Below are positions 10,373-19,479 of a DNA stretch of 64,000 bases, piece after piece. Source of the DNA: Turneriella sp. (GTDB lineage: Bacteria; Spirochaetota; Leptospiria; Turneriellales; Turneriellaceae); NCBI GenBank assembly GCA_965279515.1, contig CBDIID010000003.1, positions 416,001-480,000 of the forward strand, read 5' to 3'. Made by a program: the position numbers and the translations under genes. Below the pieces are notes generated by a model. That model did no database searches. It was given only the letters and a program-made list of their open reading frames with translations, and had not been told where the DNA came from. Numbering within the stretch: the stretch's first letter is position 1; each line of letters starts with the position of its first letter.

Positions 10373-11113
10373 TTAGACCATGCCTCCATTCACCGAAATG
10401 ACCTGGCGGGTGACATACCCTGCCATGTCTGAAAATAAAAAGCTGACAAGTGCCGCAACCTCTTCGGCTTTACCGAATCGCCTCAGCGGTATCAATCCCT
10501 TGATCTCAGACCGGATAGTTTCATCGTTTAGCATCTCTTTGGTCATTTCGGTTTCGATAACTCCCGGGGCAACACAGTTAACGGTGATATTGCGCTTGGC
10601 GAGTTCAATCGCCAGTGACTTCGTCGCGGCAATGATACCTGCTTTGGCCGCACTGTAATTCGTCTGCCCCCGGTTACCCGTAAGCCCCGAAATAGAAGAG
10701 AGCGTCACAATACGGCCGCCGAATTTTCCATGGATCATGGGCATGATCAGGGGATGCAGGACGTTAAAAAAACCGTCGAGATTCGTACGCATAACCTCAT
10801 CCCATTCTTCCCCCGACATTGCCGGAAAAGCATTGTCCCGGGTTATGCCCGCATTACAGACAACGCCATAATAAGGCCCTGAAGATTCAACCCGTGCCTC
10901 GAGAATCTGTCTGCATGTTTCCCGATCGGAAATATCAAATGACAAAGTGTTGGCCTGGCCACCTGCACCGCGGATCTCGGCGGCAGTTTGTTCGGCCATC
11001 GCCGCATTCTTGTGATAGTGTACCGTGATTTCAAAATTATCTTTACCCAACTGCAGTGCGATCTGCCTGCCAATACCGCGACTGGCCCCCGTTACTAATA
11101 CCTTTCTGTTCAT
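10373..11113 (-). CDS. fabG: 3-oxoacyl-ACP reductase (ApeQ/FabG-like)
   Basis: TGASRGIG, NAG, YSAAK SDR motifs. Confidence 0.92.
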   Translation of the reverse strand: MNRKVLVTGASRGIGRQIALQLGKDNFEITVHYHKNAAMAEQTAAEIRGAGGQANTLSFDISDRETCRQILEARVESSGPYYGVVCNAGITRDNAFPAMSGEEWDEVMRTNLDGFFNVLHPLIMPMIHGKFGGRIVTLSSISGLTGNRGQTNYSAAKAGIIAATKSLAIELAKRNITVNCVAPGVIETEMTKEMLNDETIRSEIKGLIPLRRFGKAEEVAALVSFLFSDMAGYVTRQVISVNGGMV

Positions 11114-11598
11114 CGACCCTCTCCTTGCAGAAACTCTCTCATGTCATTAGGCTGAAATGCTTTCAATTGGCCTTCCGCCATGACTGCCCCGTCTGCATCC
11201 CTCGTTATATTACATGTAAACACGCCCAGCAATTCAGCCTCGAAAGTCATCTCTACGGAAACCGTATAGGTTTTACCACTCTCAAAAACATCTTCTTTTG
11301 CGTTGAAATTATCCACCGCAACCAGAAATCCCGGTTTCGGAGTTTCATTTTTATTGCGGCCGATATTTCCTGCGAAGACGGCTATCGTCTGCGCCATGTA
11401 TTCTATGCCGACGTAATTCGGCACATTACCCGATGGATCCACAAACATGCTGTGCCGGCCGATGCGCACACGCGCTTTCGCTCCGTTTTCCGACGTCTCA
11501 ACAATACCATCCAGCAGCAGCATCGGGGTCGTGATGGGAATAAAATCTTTTAGATCGGCGCCGCCACCAGTGAATTCCACTTCAGCCTCCCTTGCCAA
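11110..11598 (-). CDS. Hotdog-fold dehydratase subunit (ApeP-like)
   Basis: PMLLLD, GIEYMAQ, PGFLV, AFQP; position between the KS and FabG genes. Confidence 0.8.
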   Translation of the reverse strand: MAREAEVEFTGGGADLKDFIPITTPMLLLDGIVETSENGAKARVRIGRHSMFVDPSGNVPNYVGIEYMAQTIAVFAGNIGRNKNETPKPGFLVAVDNFNAKEDVFESGKTYTVSVEMTFEAELLGVFTCNITRDADGAVMAEGQLKAFQPNDMREFLQGEGR

Positions 11599-12775
11599 TA
11601 ATCACTGCAGCGTTATTGCCGCCGAAGCCGTAAGACGCGCTGAGAAAATTCAAATTTCCTGCCGCCGGGATTGTCTGCGAAGGAGATACCATATTAATCC
11701 GCGGTAAAGTCTCATCGAAATTTCCGTCCCAGACATGGGGTGGCAGCATCGTTGTCTTGCCGGATTTCTTCAGGGCAAGGTAACACATTCCCACCTCCGT
11801 TGCTCCTGCCGCGCCTAAGGTATGCCCGGTCAGCGGCTTAGTCGAACTAAACAGGGTATGCTTTTCAAAGACCCGTGAGTTGACCTGTGATTCCATGCTA
11901 TCATTGAGCTCTGTGCCGGTTCCGTGTAAGTTTACATAGGCGATATCTGCCGCGGTGAGCTGGGCATCACGCAAGGCGTTTCTGATGGCGATCTCCGCGC
12001 CGCGTCCCTCGGGTTGGGGAGATGAAATATGGTACGCATCGTTGGACGCACCGACGCCTAACAGGCCAATCTCGCTTTCTTCCCTGTTTAAAATGAATAA
12101 TGCAGCGGCTTCACCAATGGTAATGCCATCGCGGTTGGCGCTGAACGGATTGCAGATAGATTTGGAAAGTGCCTCAAGGGAATTGAAGCCGTTTAGCGTC
12201 AGCTTACAGAGCGAATCCACACCGCCGACAATGACCGCATCGCAGATATTTTTTTCCAGGAGATTTCTTCCCGAGGCGAAGGCATGAGCACTCGACGAAC
12301 AAGCCGTGGATATCGAATACGCAACGTTGCTGAGGCCGAGGTAATCTGCAAGAAACTGTGCCGGCGAACCCAATTCCTGCATTTTATAGCTAAAATCTGC
12401 CGGAAAATGATGATGCCGCGTACGGTAATCGAGCGCTACCTCTCCTTCGGCGATGCCAGCAGTGGTTGCTCCAAGAACGATACCGATACGGTGCCTGCCA
12501 TATTTTGCAGCTTGTTTTTCAAACTCATCGCGAATCTGGTTGAAGGCTTCGAGCAGAATGCGGTTATTCCGGCAGTTGTATGCGCCGAGGGCCCCGCCGA
12601 TTTGCGGCAACTCCCCGCTAATTTCACCCACCCAGACATCTTTTCCGGCAATCAGGTCTGAACGCTTTTTTATACCTTTCTGTGACGCACTGCACAGCGC
12701 TTCGTAGACATCGTCGATGCCCCGCCCGAGGGCATTGATCATGCCCATTGCATGCAAATAGGTTCGCCGGGTCAT
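11582..12775 (-). CDS. Beta-ketoacyl-ACP synthase (ApeO-like)
   Basis: STACSSS, LHGTGT, GHTLGAAG, FGGNN. Confidence 0.92.
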   Translation of the reverse strand: MTRRTYLHAMGMINALGRGIDDVYEALCSASQKGIKKRSDLIAGKDVWVGEISGELPQIGGALGAYNCRNNRILLEAFNQIRDEFEKQAAKYGRHRIGIVLGATTAGIAEGEVALDYRTRHHHFPADFSYKMQELGSPAQFLADYLGLSNVAYSISTACSSSAHAFASGRNLLEKNICDAVIVGGVDSLCKLTLNGFNSLEALSKSICNPFSANRDGITIGEAAALFILNREESEIGLLGVGASNDAYHISSPQPEGRGAEIAIRNALRDAQLTAADIAYVNLHGTGTELNDSMESQVNSRVFEKHTLFSSTKPLTGHTLGAAGATEVGMCYLALKKSGKTTMLPPHVWDGNFDETLPRINMVSPSQTIPAAGNLNFLSASYGFGGNNAAVIIGKGG

Positions 12776-13360
12776 TTAATGCATCATGGCTGTGCCATTC
12801 AGAATCGCCAGGCTGTAGTTACGCTGTAAATTCCTGAAAGCAATACCGCCACGCCACGGATTTTTATGACTGTATTCGATTTCGACAATAAGGCGACCAT
12901 CGCGTAACAATTCCCTGCGAACCCGGGGAGTATCCTTCAGGACAAGCGCCCATTCTGGTCCCTGCAATGCTGCGCGGATAGTCTCTGCAGGCCAGAAAAT
13001 CAACTGAAAGTCTGCGACGATATACTCTGGCTTCACCGTAGTATCATCGAGGACGCCTGAATCAAAATCCAGTTTTCCCTTATCCGAAAGATGAAGCGTA
13101 AAAAGCCGCTGGCCGGTTGCCGTTGCAGCGACGATCGTCATTTTTTCCGGCGAGATCTCGACAGCTGAGAGAAATGTTCCCTTTCGGTCGCCATAATTGG
13201 CGTCAATTTTTTGCTCGGTGCTAATACTGATTCCCAGCTGCCTGGGGTTCAGTCGCTGAAAATACAGCCCGGCTTCGCTTTCAACTGGCCGCACTTGCTC
13301 CATGCCCGAACAAGCCACGAGGAAAAACCCCATGCCAATAAGTGTTACTGCTTGCGGCAT
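12776..13360 (-). CDS. DUF3261-like lipoprotein (ApeN-like)
   Basis: Lipobox LVAC; GQRLFTL and ADFQLIFWP motifs; ape-cluster position. Confidence 0.72.
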   Translation of the reverse strand: MPQAVTLIGMGFFLVACSGMEQVRPVESEAGLYFQRLNPRQLGISISTEQKIDANYGDRKGTFLSAVEISPEKMTIVAATATGQRLFTLHLSDKGKLDFDSGVLDDTTVKPEYIVADFQLIFWPAETIRAALQGPEWALVLKDTPRVRRELLRDGRLIVEIEYSHKNPWRGGIAFRNLQRNYSLAILNGTAMMH

Positions 13361-14568
13361 ATTTCAGCAAGTGTCGCCAGGCGCCGGCCCGTATGTTGGT
13401 TGTACGGATTTGTTTCATCCCAGGCATAACCTGCGAGAATAGAGCAGATCTTCCTTTTTGTTTCCGGATCGGGAGATTCATAGAAAATAATATCCTGTAA
13501 ATCATGCGAATACCAGCCATTGACAAAATGCCTGAACGCATCGACACCTTTCATCAGCGGAATATGGAATTCATTTTGCCAGTCAACCGGCGAGCCGGCC
13601 AACTCTTTTTCAATTAAAGGTGCTGCGACACTCGCTCCTTTAAGAGCGATCGTCAGCCCTGAAGAAAAAATGGGATCCAAAAAACCTCCGGCATTCCCGA
13701 TCATGGCAAATCCCGGACCATATGTCCTCTCCACTGTTCTTGCAAATGCGGATAATCTCCGTGCAGGCCAGAGGAATTTGCAATCCCCGACGGCTGCCGT
13801 CATGTGTGCTTCTTCGCTGACCAGACGGCGCAATATTTCGCTCTCATCGCCCGCAAGCGTATCAGCATGGGTGCTCGGCATCACCGCACCTACGGAGGCG
13901 CGGCCGTCGGAAAAGGGAATCATCCAGTACCAAATGTCCCGGTTTTGCGGATGCACACAGATTAGAATTTTTTCCCAATCTGTGTTTGGGTTTCTCTCTT
14001 TAACTTCGACATGGGAAAAAAATGCCGAACGATCGTCTACGAGCGTCGTGATTTTGTGATTCCAGAGCGCTGCGAGTACATTTGCCTGACCGCTCGCATC
14101 AACAAGAAATTTTGCTGCAAATTCAGTCTCATTACCGTTGACGTCCGCCGCAACAAGGCTGACCTTGCCTGACGAGCACTCTGCCTGCATGACCTTCTGG
14201 CCAAAGAGTATTTTAACACCCTGGGCCGCCGCTCCAGTGGCAAGGACCGAATCGAAATCGGCCCGGGGAACCTGGAAAGTGGTTCCAAAACCCGGAGAAA
14301 ATTTATCAGAAAAATCGAATGCCGTGCGCCTCTCTGCATATCCAAAATCTGCGCCATTCTTTAACTGGTACTTCTGCTCCTGAACGGAGGATAATAACTC
14401 TGCTTCCTCGAGAAACCGCATCGCCTGCGGCAGAAGACTCTCCCCGATCGAAAATCGCGGAAAGACGGAAGCTTCGAGGACCGTTACATGGAGTCCGCGC
14501 CGGGCGAGCATGGTAGCCACGACTGAGCCCGCGGGCCCGGCTCCGATAATTATGACGTCATTTTTCAT
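13345..14568 (-). CDS. FAD-dependent halogenase-like oxidoreductase
   Basis: GAGPAG, FPRFSIGESL, QLKNGA, WYWMIP (WxWxIP), LDPIFSSG; start placed at MKNDVIIIG. Confidence 0.82.
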   Translation of the reverse strand: MKNDVIIIGAGPAGSVVATMLARRGLHVTVLEASVFPRFSIGESLLPQAMRFLEEAELLSSVQEQKYQLKNGADFGYAERRTAFDFSDKFSPGFGTTFQVPRADFDSVLATGAAAQGVKILFGQKVMQAECSSGKVSLVAADVNGNETEFAAKFLVDASGQANVLAALWNHKITTLVDDRSAFFSHVEVKERNPNTDWEKILICVHPQNRDIWYWMIPFSDGRASVGAVMPSTHADTLAGDESEILRRLVSEEAHMTAAVGDCKFLWPARRLSAFARTVERTYGPGFAMIGNAGGFLDPIFSSGLTIALKGASVAAPLIEKELAGSPVDWQNEFHIPLMKGVDAFRHFVNGWYSHDLQDIIFYESPDPETKRKICSILAGYAWDETNPYNQHTGRRLATLAEICRKQ

Positions 14569-16915
14569 ATGCCTCCGGAGAAAATTTGATAATAAATGGG
14601 GACAAGACATATACGACCCCCACCCCGATCGCAGTGGTGAATCCAAAAGCGGAAAGTAATGGCGTGGAGCTGAAGAATAGCAGCCCAAAGGAGAGGATCG
14701 TCGTCACTGCGGAGAGAAAAGTAGCAAGGCCAACGGTCTCATACTCATACCTGGCCTCCTGGAAAAAGATCGCGTAATCGATTCCAATTCCCAGAATCAG
14801 AAGCAACGCAAGCGTATTGAATAAATTCAGAACCTGCCCCGAAAGCGCGAGTAACGCGATTGCGGTAAAAGCGCCAGCAACCGCCGGCAGCATGACGGTG
14901 AAAGCCTGCCTGCGGCCATAACGAATTCCCAGAACGATAAATATGGCGCCATAAGAGACCAGAACCAGGATTGTCGCCAAGATACGGTAGTAGCGGAATA
15001 GATCTGAAATGTCCGCCACCCTATCCACATATGCGGCATGTGAAAGGTTAGATGTCGCCTTCTTTAAGGCAGCGACATCCTGCAGGTCGGAGAGCGGGAC
15101 GATGGAAGCAAATTTTTTGCCCAATTTGCCCTGCCATAAATATCGGTAAGGCTGACTTGCAGGACTTTCCAACCAAATTGAAAAATCCAGCGACTTTTCC
15201 GGGTTCTTTCGGAATCGGCCAAGAGCGCGGTCGATGTCATTTTGAGCGAAGCCCAATTCTCTCATGTATCCATTCAATCTACCTGAATCAATCAGCTGTT
15301 TCCGCAATGCGGAACGACTTTGCTTCTGCTCACTGAGCGGAGGTGCCAGCCGGGAAAGCGCCTGGTAGCCGCTGAGTCCTCCCTCGCTCTTCAGGATATC
15401 CAGCGCTGCAACCAGCTTCGATTCATTGGCGAGAACATCCTGAACGTTTTCGCCGGTCACGACAAAAAAACGGCTGCGGTCCGAATAGCCCAGCAACGAA
15501 GTAATCTTCTCTTCCATTGCCGACAAAGCTGAAGAGCTGCCCCTGAGCAACCTAATATCATCGTCGATCCTGATGAAGCCAAGCCCGGCGACTGCCACCA
15601 GACAGATAAGAATCAGGAGCGCCGGCTTGCGATGGAAATTCCGGGCCCATCTTACAGGTTGGGCGCTGATACGCAGTAAAAATGTTTTCGGGGACCACGG
15701 GGCTTGCCCCATAAGCGCAGGCAGCGCCAGAAGGACGGTAAGATACGCGCCCAGAAGCCCTGCTGTCGAAAAAACAGCCATCTGCCGCAGCGCCGGTAAT
15801 GGCGCGACAAACAGGCAAAGAAAGCCGAGAATCGTCGTCACAAGACCGAGCGTAATACCGGGAAAAATATTGCGGATGCCCGCAGTAGGATTCCACGCGC
15901 CCTTGGTCATGGCCTTGTCGGCGAAATAATGGAACGAATAATCGATCGATACGCCAATGAGGCTCGTGCCGAAAATAACCGTGATGATATGGATCTTCGC
16001 AAAGATAAGAACGCATAGGCAATAAGCGGCGAGAATTCCGTAGGCAACCGGCAGAATACCGAGGAGCAGCGGCCTAACACTGTTGAAGGCCAGTAACAAC
16101 AAAATGATAATGGCTGCGATGGAAATCGATCCGAAGAGCGAGATCTCCCGCCGGGCAGAGTCGACTCCGGCGACTGCGTGGAACAGCAGGCCGGCATGCA
16201 AAATCTCTGCCCCTGTGCCGGCGGCGTGGACGGCAGCGATGCCTTTTTTGAGAGCAGCCATCAGATCGGCCTGCACTTCGGCGGAAAATAATTCCCTTCC
16301 GGATTGGAGAGTCACGAGTACATAGGATTTTTCTTTGTCCTGTGTGGCCATGACGCCATCCCGGACAGAGATCCGTCCGGAAAACTGCTGCACTCCCTGC
16401 ATGAAGTCCTGAAAAAACAGCAACGGGTCGTACTGGAGAATTTTTGAACTGACTATCGAACCCGGGTTAAAAAGCAAATTGCGTCGTTCCGCCAAAAACC
16501 CTGCCGGATCATTCTCCAGAAGTGCCCGTTCCCTGGAACGCAAAAAACCGGGTAAATAATCCTGGTAAAAATCATAAAGTTTCCGGCCGAACTCATCTAC
16601 CCGAAAGATAATCGAATCAAAACTTTTTTCTTTGGCTACGATATCCTGGAACAGAGCTGCGTTTTTTTTCGCCTCGTTGAAGTCGCGGTGACCAAAGAGA
16701 AATATTGTTTTCTGTCCTATCTTTGCCGTAAATTGCCGGGTTGCTTCACCGACTTCATCGTTTCCGTTTTCTCTGGGCAACAGGGCAAGAATATCGGTTT
16801 CGACCGCGATACCCGAATGGGCCCGCCAGAAAAAGAAACCGAGCAAGAGCAATAAGGATGCCGCCCAGACGGCAAACAAAAGACGTTTATGGCTTGCTAA
16901 AAAATCTTTTTTCAT
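14558..16915 (-). CDS. MMPL/RND-family exporter (ApeM-like)
   Basis: Two transmembrane bundles with GVSIDY and GIGIDY repeats; ETDILALLP; start could be 16933. Confidence 0.85.
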   Translation of the reverse strand: MKKDFLASHKRLLFAVWAASLLLLLGFFFWRAHSGIAVETDILALLPRENGNDEVGEATRQFTAKIGQKTIFLFGHRDFNEAKKNAALFQDIVAKEKSFDSIIFRVDEFGRKLYDFYQDYLPGFLRSRERALLENDPAGFLAERRNLLFNPGSIVSSKILQYDPLLFFQDFMQGVQQFSGRISVRDGVMATQDKEKSYVLVTLQSGRELFSAEVQADLMAALKKGIAAVHAAGTGAEILHAGLLFHAVAGVDSARREISLFGSISIAAIIILLLLAFNSVRPLLLGILPVAYGILAAYCLCVLIFAKIHIITVIFGTSLIGVSIDYSFHYFADKAMTKGAWNPTAGIRNIFPGITLGLVTTILGFLCLFVAPLPALRQMAVFSTAGLLGAYLTVLLALPALMGQAPWSPKTFLLRISAQPVRWARNFHRKPALLILICLVAVAGLGFIRIDDDIRLLRGSSSALSAMEEKITSLLGYSDRSRFFVVTGENVQDVLANESKLVAALDILKSEGGLSGYQALSRLAPPLSEQKQSRSALRKQLIDSGRLNGYMRELGFAQNDIDRALGRFRKNPEKSLDFSIWLESPASQPYRYLWQGKLGKKFASIVPLSDLQDVAALKKATSNLSHAAYVDRVADISDLFRYYRILATILVLVSYGAIFIVLGIRYGRRQAFTVMLPAVAGAFTAIALLALSGQVLNLFNTLALLLILGIGIDYAIFFQEARYEYETVGLATFLSAVTTILSFGLLFFSSTPLLSAFGFTTAIGVGVVYVLSPFIIKFSPEAYEK

Positions 16916-17534
16916 CACTGGTAAGCTGACCATCGCTGGCGGGGTTTAACAGCCGGATTCTCGTATAGTCGGATCCCCGCTCCCGGATAACGATCTCTTC
17001 GATGGACTTATTGCCTGTTATTTGCAGGGAGGCAATAAACTGCCGCAGGCTAACATTCCGGGGAAAAAGTTCGATTTGCCATTTGGTTTTTCCTGACACA
17101 TAGCCTATCTCAAAGCGATCTTCAAGCACCGCGGCATCGCCTGAAAATAATGCCAGGAACAGCTCGATAAATTCGTGAACGACTGGCTGCTGGGCTGCGG
17201 TCACGAACACAGGTTTTTTTCCCTCTTCGTATTGAACAACGCCCTGGTTGGTCAGTATATAGATAAAGGGAAAAGGCTTCCGGATCTGCCAGATAATACC
17301 CTGAGACCTGGAAAAAATCAGCTGCCCCTGGGAGACCAGGGGTTTGCTGAGTGCGGAAACGTGTTTCGTCTGCTGGAAATCCGCCCGCATAAATTGAGTA
17401 GCCTTGAGACGATCGACAATCCCCAGCAGGCTCTGCCGGTTCACACCTTCGACTTTCGCCGCGTAACCGGAATAGTTGCCGCCGAGGAAGGCGAGGCATA
17501 AGATAAAAAATATTTTTACGCTAAAGATCTTCAT
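16887..17534 (-). CDS. LolA-like outer-membrane lipoprotein carrier (ApeL-like)
   Basis: ADFQQTK...KPLVSQG...GIIWQIRKPF; signal peptide from MKIFSVK. Confidence 0.8.
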   Translation of the reverse strand: MKIFSVKIFFILCLAFLGGNYSGYAAKVEGVNRQSLLGIVDRLKATQFMRADFQQTKHVSALSKPLVSQGQLIFSRSQGIIWQIRKPFPFIYILTNQGVVQYEEGKKPVFVTAAQQPVVHEFIELFLALFSGDAAVLEDRFEIGYVSGKTKWQIELFPRNVSLRQFIASLQITGNKSIEEIVIRERGSDYTRIRLLNPASDGQLTSDEKRFFSKP

Positions 17535-17949
17535 CACCCTGAATCCCGAATTTCTCGAGAACGCTTTTCGGCGTTTCAAAACACATTTCGAGCGTATCCA
17601 TTTGCACGGCGACCTGAACTGTGTGGCCGCGGCAAATGCGCTCATTTTTTTCAACACTTTCGATCAGATATTCAATCCATAAACGGTTGGTCAGTTCCCT
17701 GAGGCTCGCCGTCACGCGCACCTGCATCCCATAAAAAAGCGGCTTGATGTATTTGCAGCGGCTTTCGATGACAGGCCAGCCATAATTCGACTCTTTCATC
17801 GCGTCAATATCGTAATTGTACTTTTGCATAAGCGCGGTGCGGGCAAGTTCAAAGTATTTCAGGTAGTGCCCGTGCCAGACAATGCCAACCATATCCACAT
17901 CGTGGAACGGAATGGTGATAGTGACATCGGCGGAGATTTTTCCTGGCAT
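17521..17949 (-). CDS. Acyl-CoA/ACP thioesterase, 4HBT family (ApeK-like)
   Basis: PFHDVDMVGIVWHGHYLKYFELAR. Confidence 0.88.
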   Translation of the reverse strand: MPGKISADVTITIPFHDVDMVGIVWHGHYLKYFELARTALMQKYNYDIDAMKESNYGWPVIESRCKYIKPLFYGMQVRVTASLRELTNRLWIEYLIESVEKNERICRGHTVQVAVQMDTLEMCFETPKSVLEKFGIQGDEDL

Positions 17950-17952
17950 ATG

Positions 17953-19479
17953 CTATCCAAATTCCAGTGCAAGCTCCTGGTTCTGAATCCACCGGGTCAA
18001 TTCTTCCAGCTCCCCATCGAGCTCTCTGTCCTCGGTGACGAACTTAAAGCGGGAACGCAGGCTGTGAATCATGTCCTGCACGGGCCGGGACAGCTTTGGT
18101 GTCTGCGAATCCCCGATGCGCAGTGTCACTGCCTGAATCGTAGCCAGAAGCAAAGCCGCAGCAACCTGTTCGGTCAGCTGCAATACGCGCAGGCAATCGC
18201 GGGCGCTTATACTCCCCATACTTACCTTATCCTGGTTATGGCATTCCGTAGACCGGGAAAAAACACTCGCTGGCATCGTCAGTTTCAAAGCTTCGGCAGT
18301 CCACGAAGAGACGGCGATCTGCACTGCTTTGAAGCCGTGGTTAATCTGCCGCCGCTCACCCGTCGCTCCTGAGAGATTTGCGGGCAAGCCGTTGCTGAAT
18401 TTTGTATCTACGAGTAAGGCCAGCTGTCTGTCCATCAGGTCGGCGAGATTGGCAACCAGCGTTTTCATCGAATCCGCTGCAAACCCGATATGCCCGCCAT
18501 AAAAATGCCCGCCATGCAATACCTTCTTCTGTGCGGCGTCGATGATGGGATTGTCGTTGGCGCTGTTGAGTTCAATGCTGATGAACTGTCTCAGCCACGG
18601 CAGCGAATCGGCGAGGACGCCGATAATATGGGGTGCGCAGCGTATGGAGTATCGATCCTGAAGACGGTGGCCACCCGCCATTCCCGTAAGGTCGGTGCGG
18701 ATCAGCCGGGCAATTTCATTCTGCCCGGGATGCGGTTTTACCTGGAAAAGCTCATCGGCAAAATGGTCAGGATTTCCATCGAGGGCAATAACTGCCAGCG
18801 ATGTAATGCGGGCGCACAGCTTCGCGAGGTATTCGGCACGCCTGAATGCCAGTATTGTCTGGGCCGTCATCACCGCGGTGCCATTCATGAGCGCGAGCGC
18901 TTCTTTAGGCTTGAGCACCACCGCCTCCAGGCCTGCTTTTTGCAACGCTGCCGCTGCGCCAAACTCTCCGCCGTCCATGTAAACTTTTCTCTCGCCCGTC
19001 AAGGCCGCGGCGATATATGACAGGGGTGTGAGATCCCCGCTTGCTCCCACGGATCCCTCTTCAGGAATAACCGGAATAATATTGTGGTTTAGAAATTCGA
19101 CCAGGAGCTGAAGGATCTCCAACCGAACCCCGGAATGCCCGCGCGCCAGGGAACACAGCCTGACGAGTAAAATAGCCTTCGCAATCGGCGGCTCAATTTT
19201 TCTTCCGAGACCGACACCATGAAACCGCACCAGGTGTTTCGGCAGCTCTGCCACAAGATCAGCAGAGACGCCGCTCGAAACCGAATCCCCAAAACCGGTA
19301 GTTACGCCATAGACCACTTCGTGATTATCTACCAGCGCCTGAAGAAAATCAGCCCCTGCCTGGATTTTGCCCAACCAGGATGCGTTGTCCGAAAGCTGAA
19401 CCTGCCTGCCCGAGAAGACGACGCTGCAGACATCTTCAATACTAAGATTTTCTAAGCCGACTTCCAGGAAATCATTCAT
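17953..19479 (-). CDS. MIO-dependent aromatic amino acid ammonia-lyase (HAL/PAL/TAL family)
   Basis: VYGVTTGFG, GSVGASGDL (ASG MIO triad), KEALALMNGT, QDRYSIRC, NQDKVSMG. Confidence 0.92.
   Translation of the reverse strand: MNDFLEVGLENLSIEDVCSVVFSGRQVQLSDNASWLGKIQAGADFLQALVDNHEVVYGVTTGFGDSVSSGVSADLVAELPKHLVRFHGVGLGRKIEPPIAKAILLVRLCSLARGHSGVRLEILQLLVEFLNHNIIPVIPEEGSVGASGDLTPLSYIAAALTGERKVYMDGGEFGAAAALQKAGLEAVVLKPKEALALMNGTAVMTAQTILAFRRAEYLAKLCARITSLAVIALDGNPDHFADELFQVKPHPGQNEIARLIRTDLTGMAGGHRLQDRYSIRCAPHIIGVLADSLPWLRQFISIELNSANDNPIIDAAQKKVLHGGHFYGGHIGFAADSMKTLVANLADLMDRQLALLVDTKFSNGLPANLSGATGERRQINHGFKAVQIAVSSWTAEALKLTMPASVFSRSTECHNQDKVSMGSISARDCLRVLQLTEQVAAALLLATIQAVTLRIGDSQTPKLSRPVQDMIHSLRSRFKFVTEDRELDGELEELTRWIQNQELALEFG

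Noticed and set aside
17953..19479. Calling the lyase hutH
   Set aside because: No other hut genes, it lacks the S-H selectivity pair, and it is embedded in a biosynthetic operon
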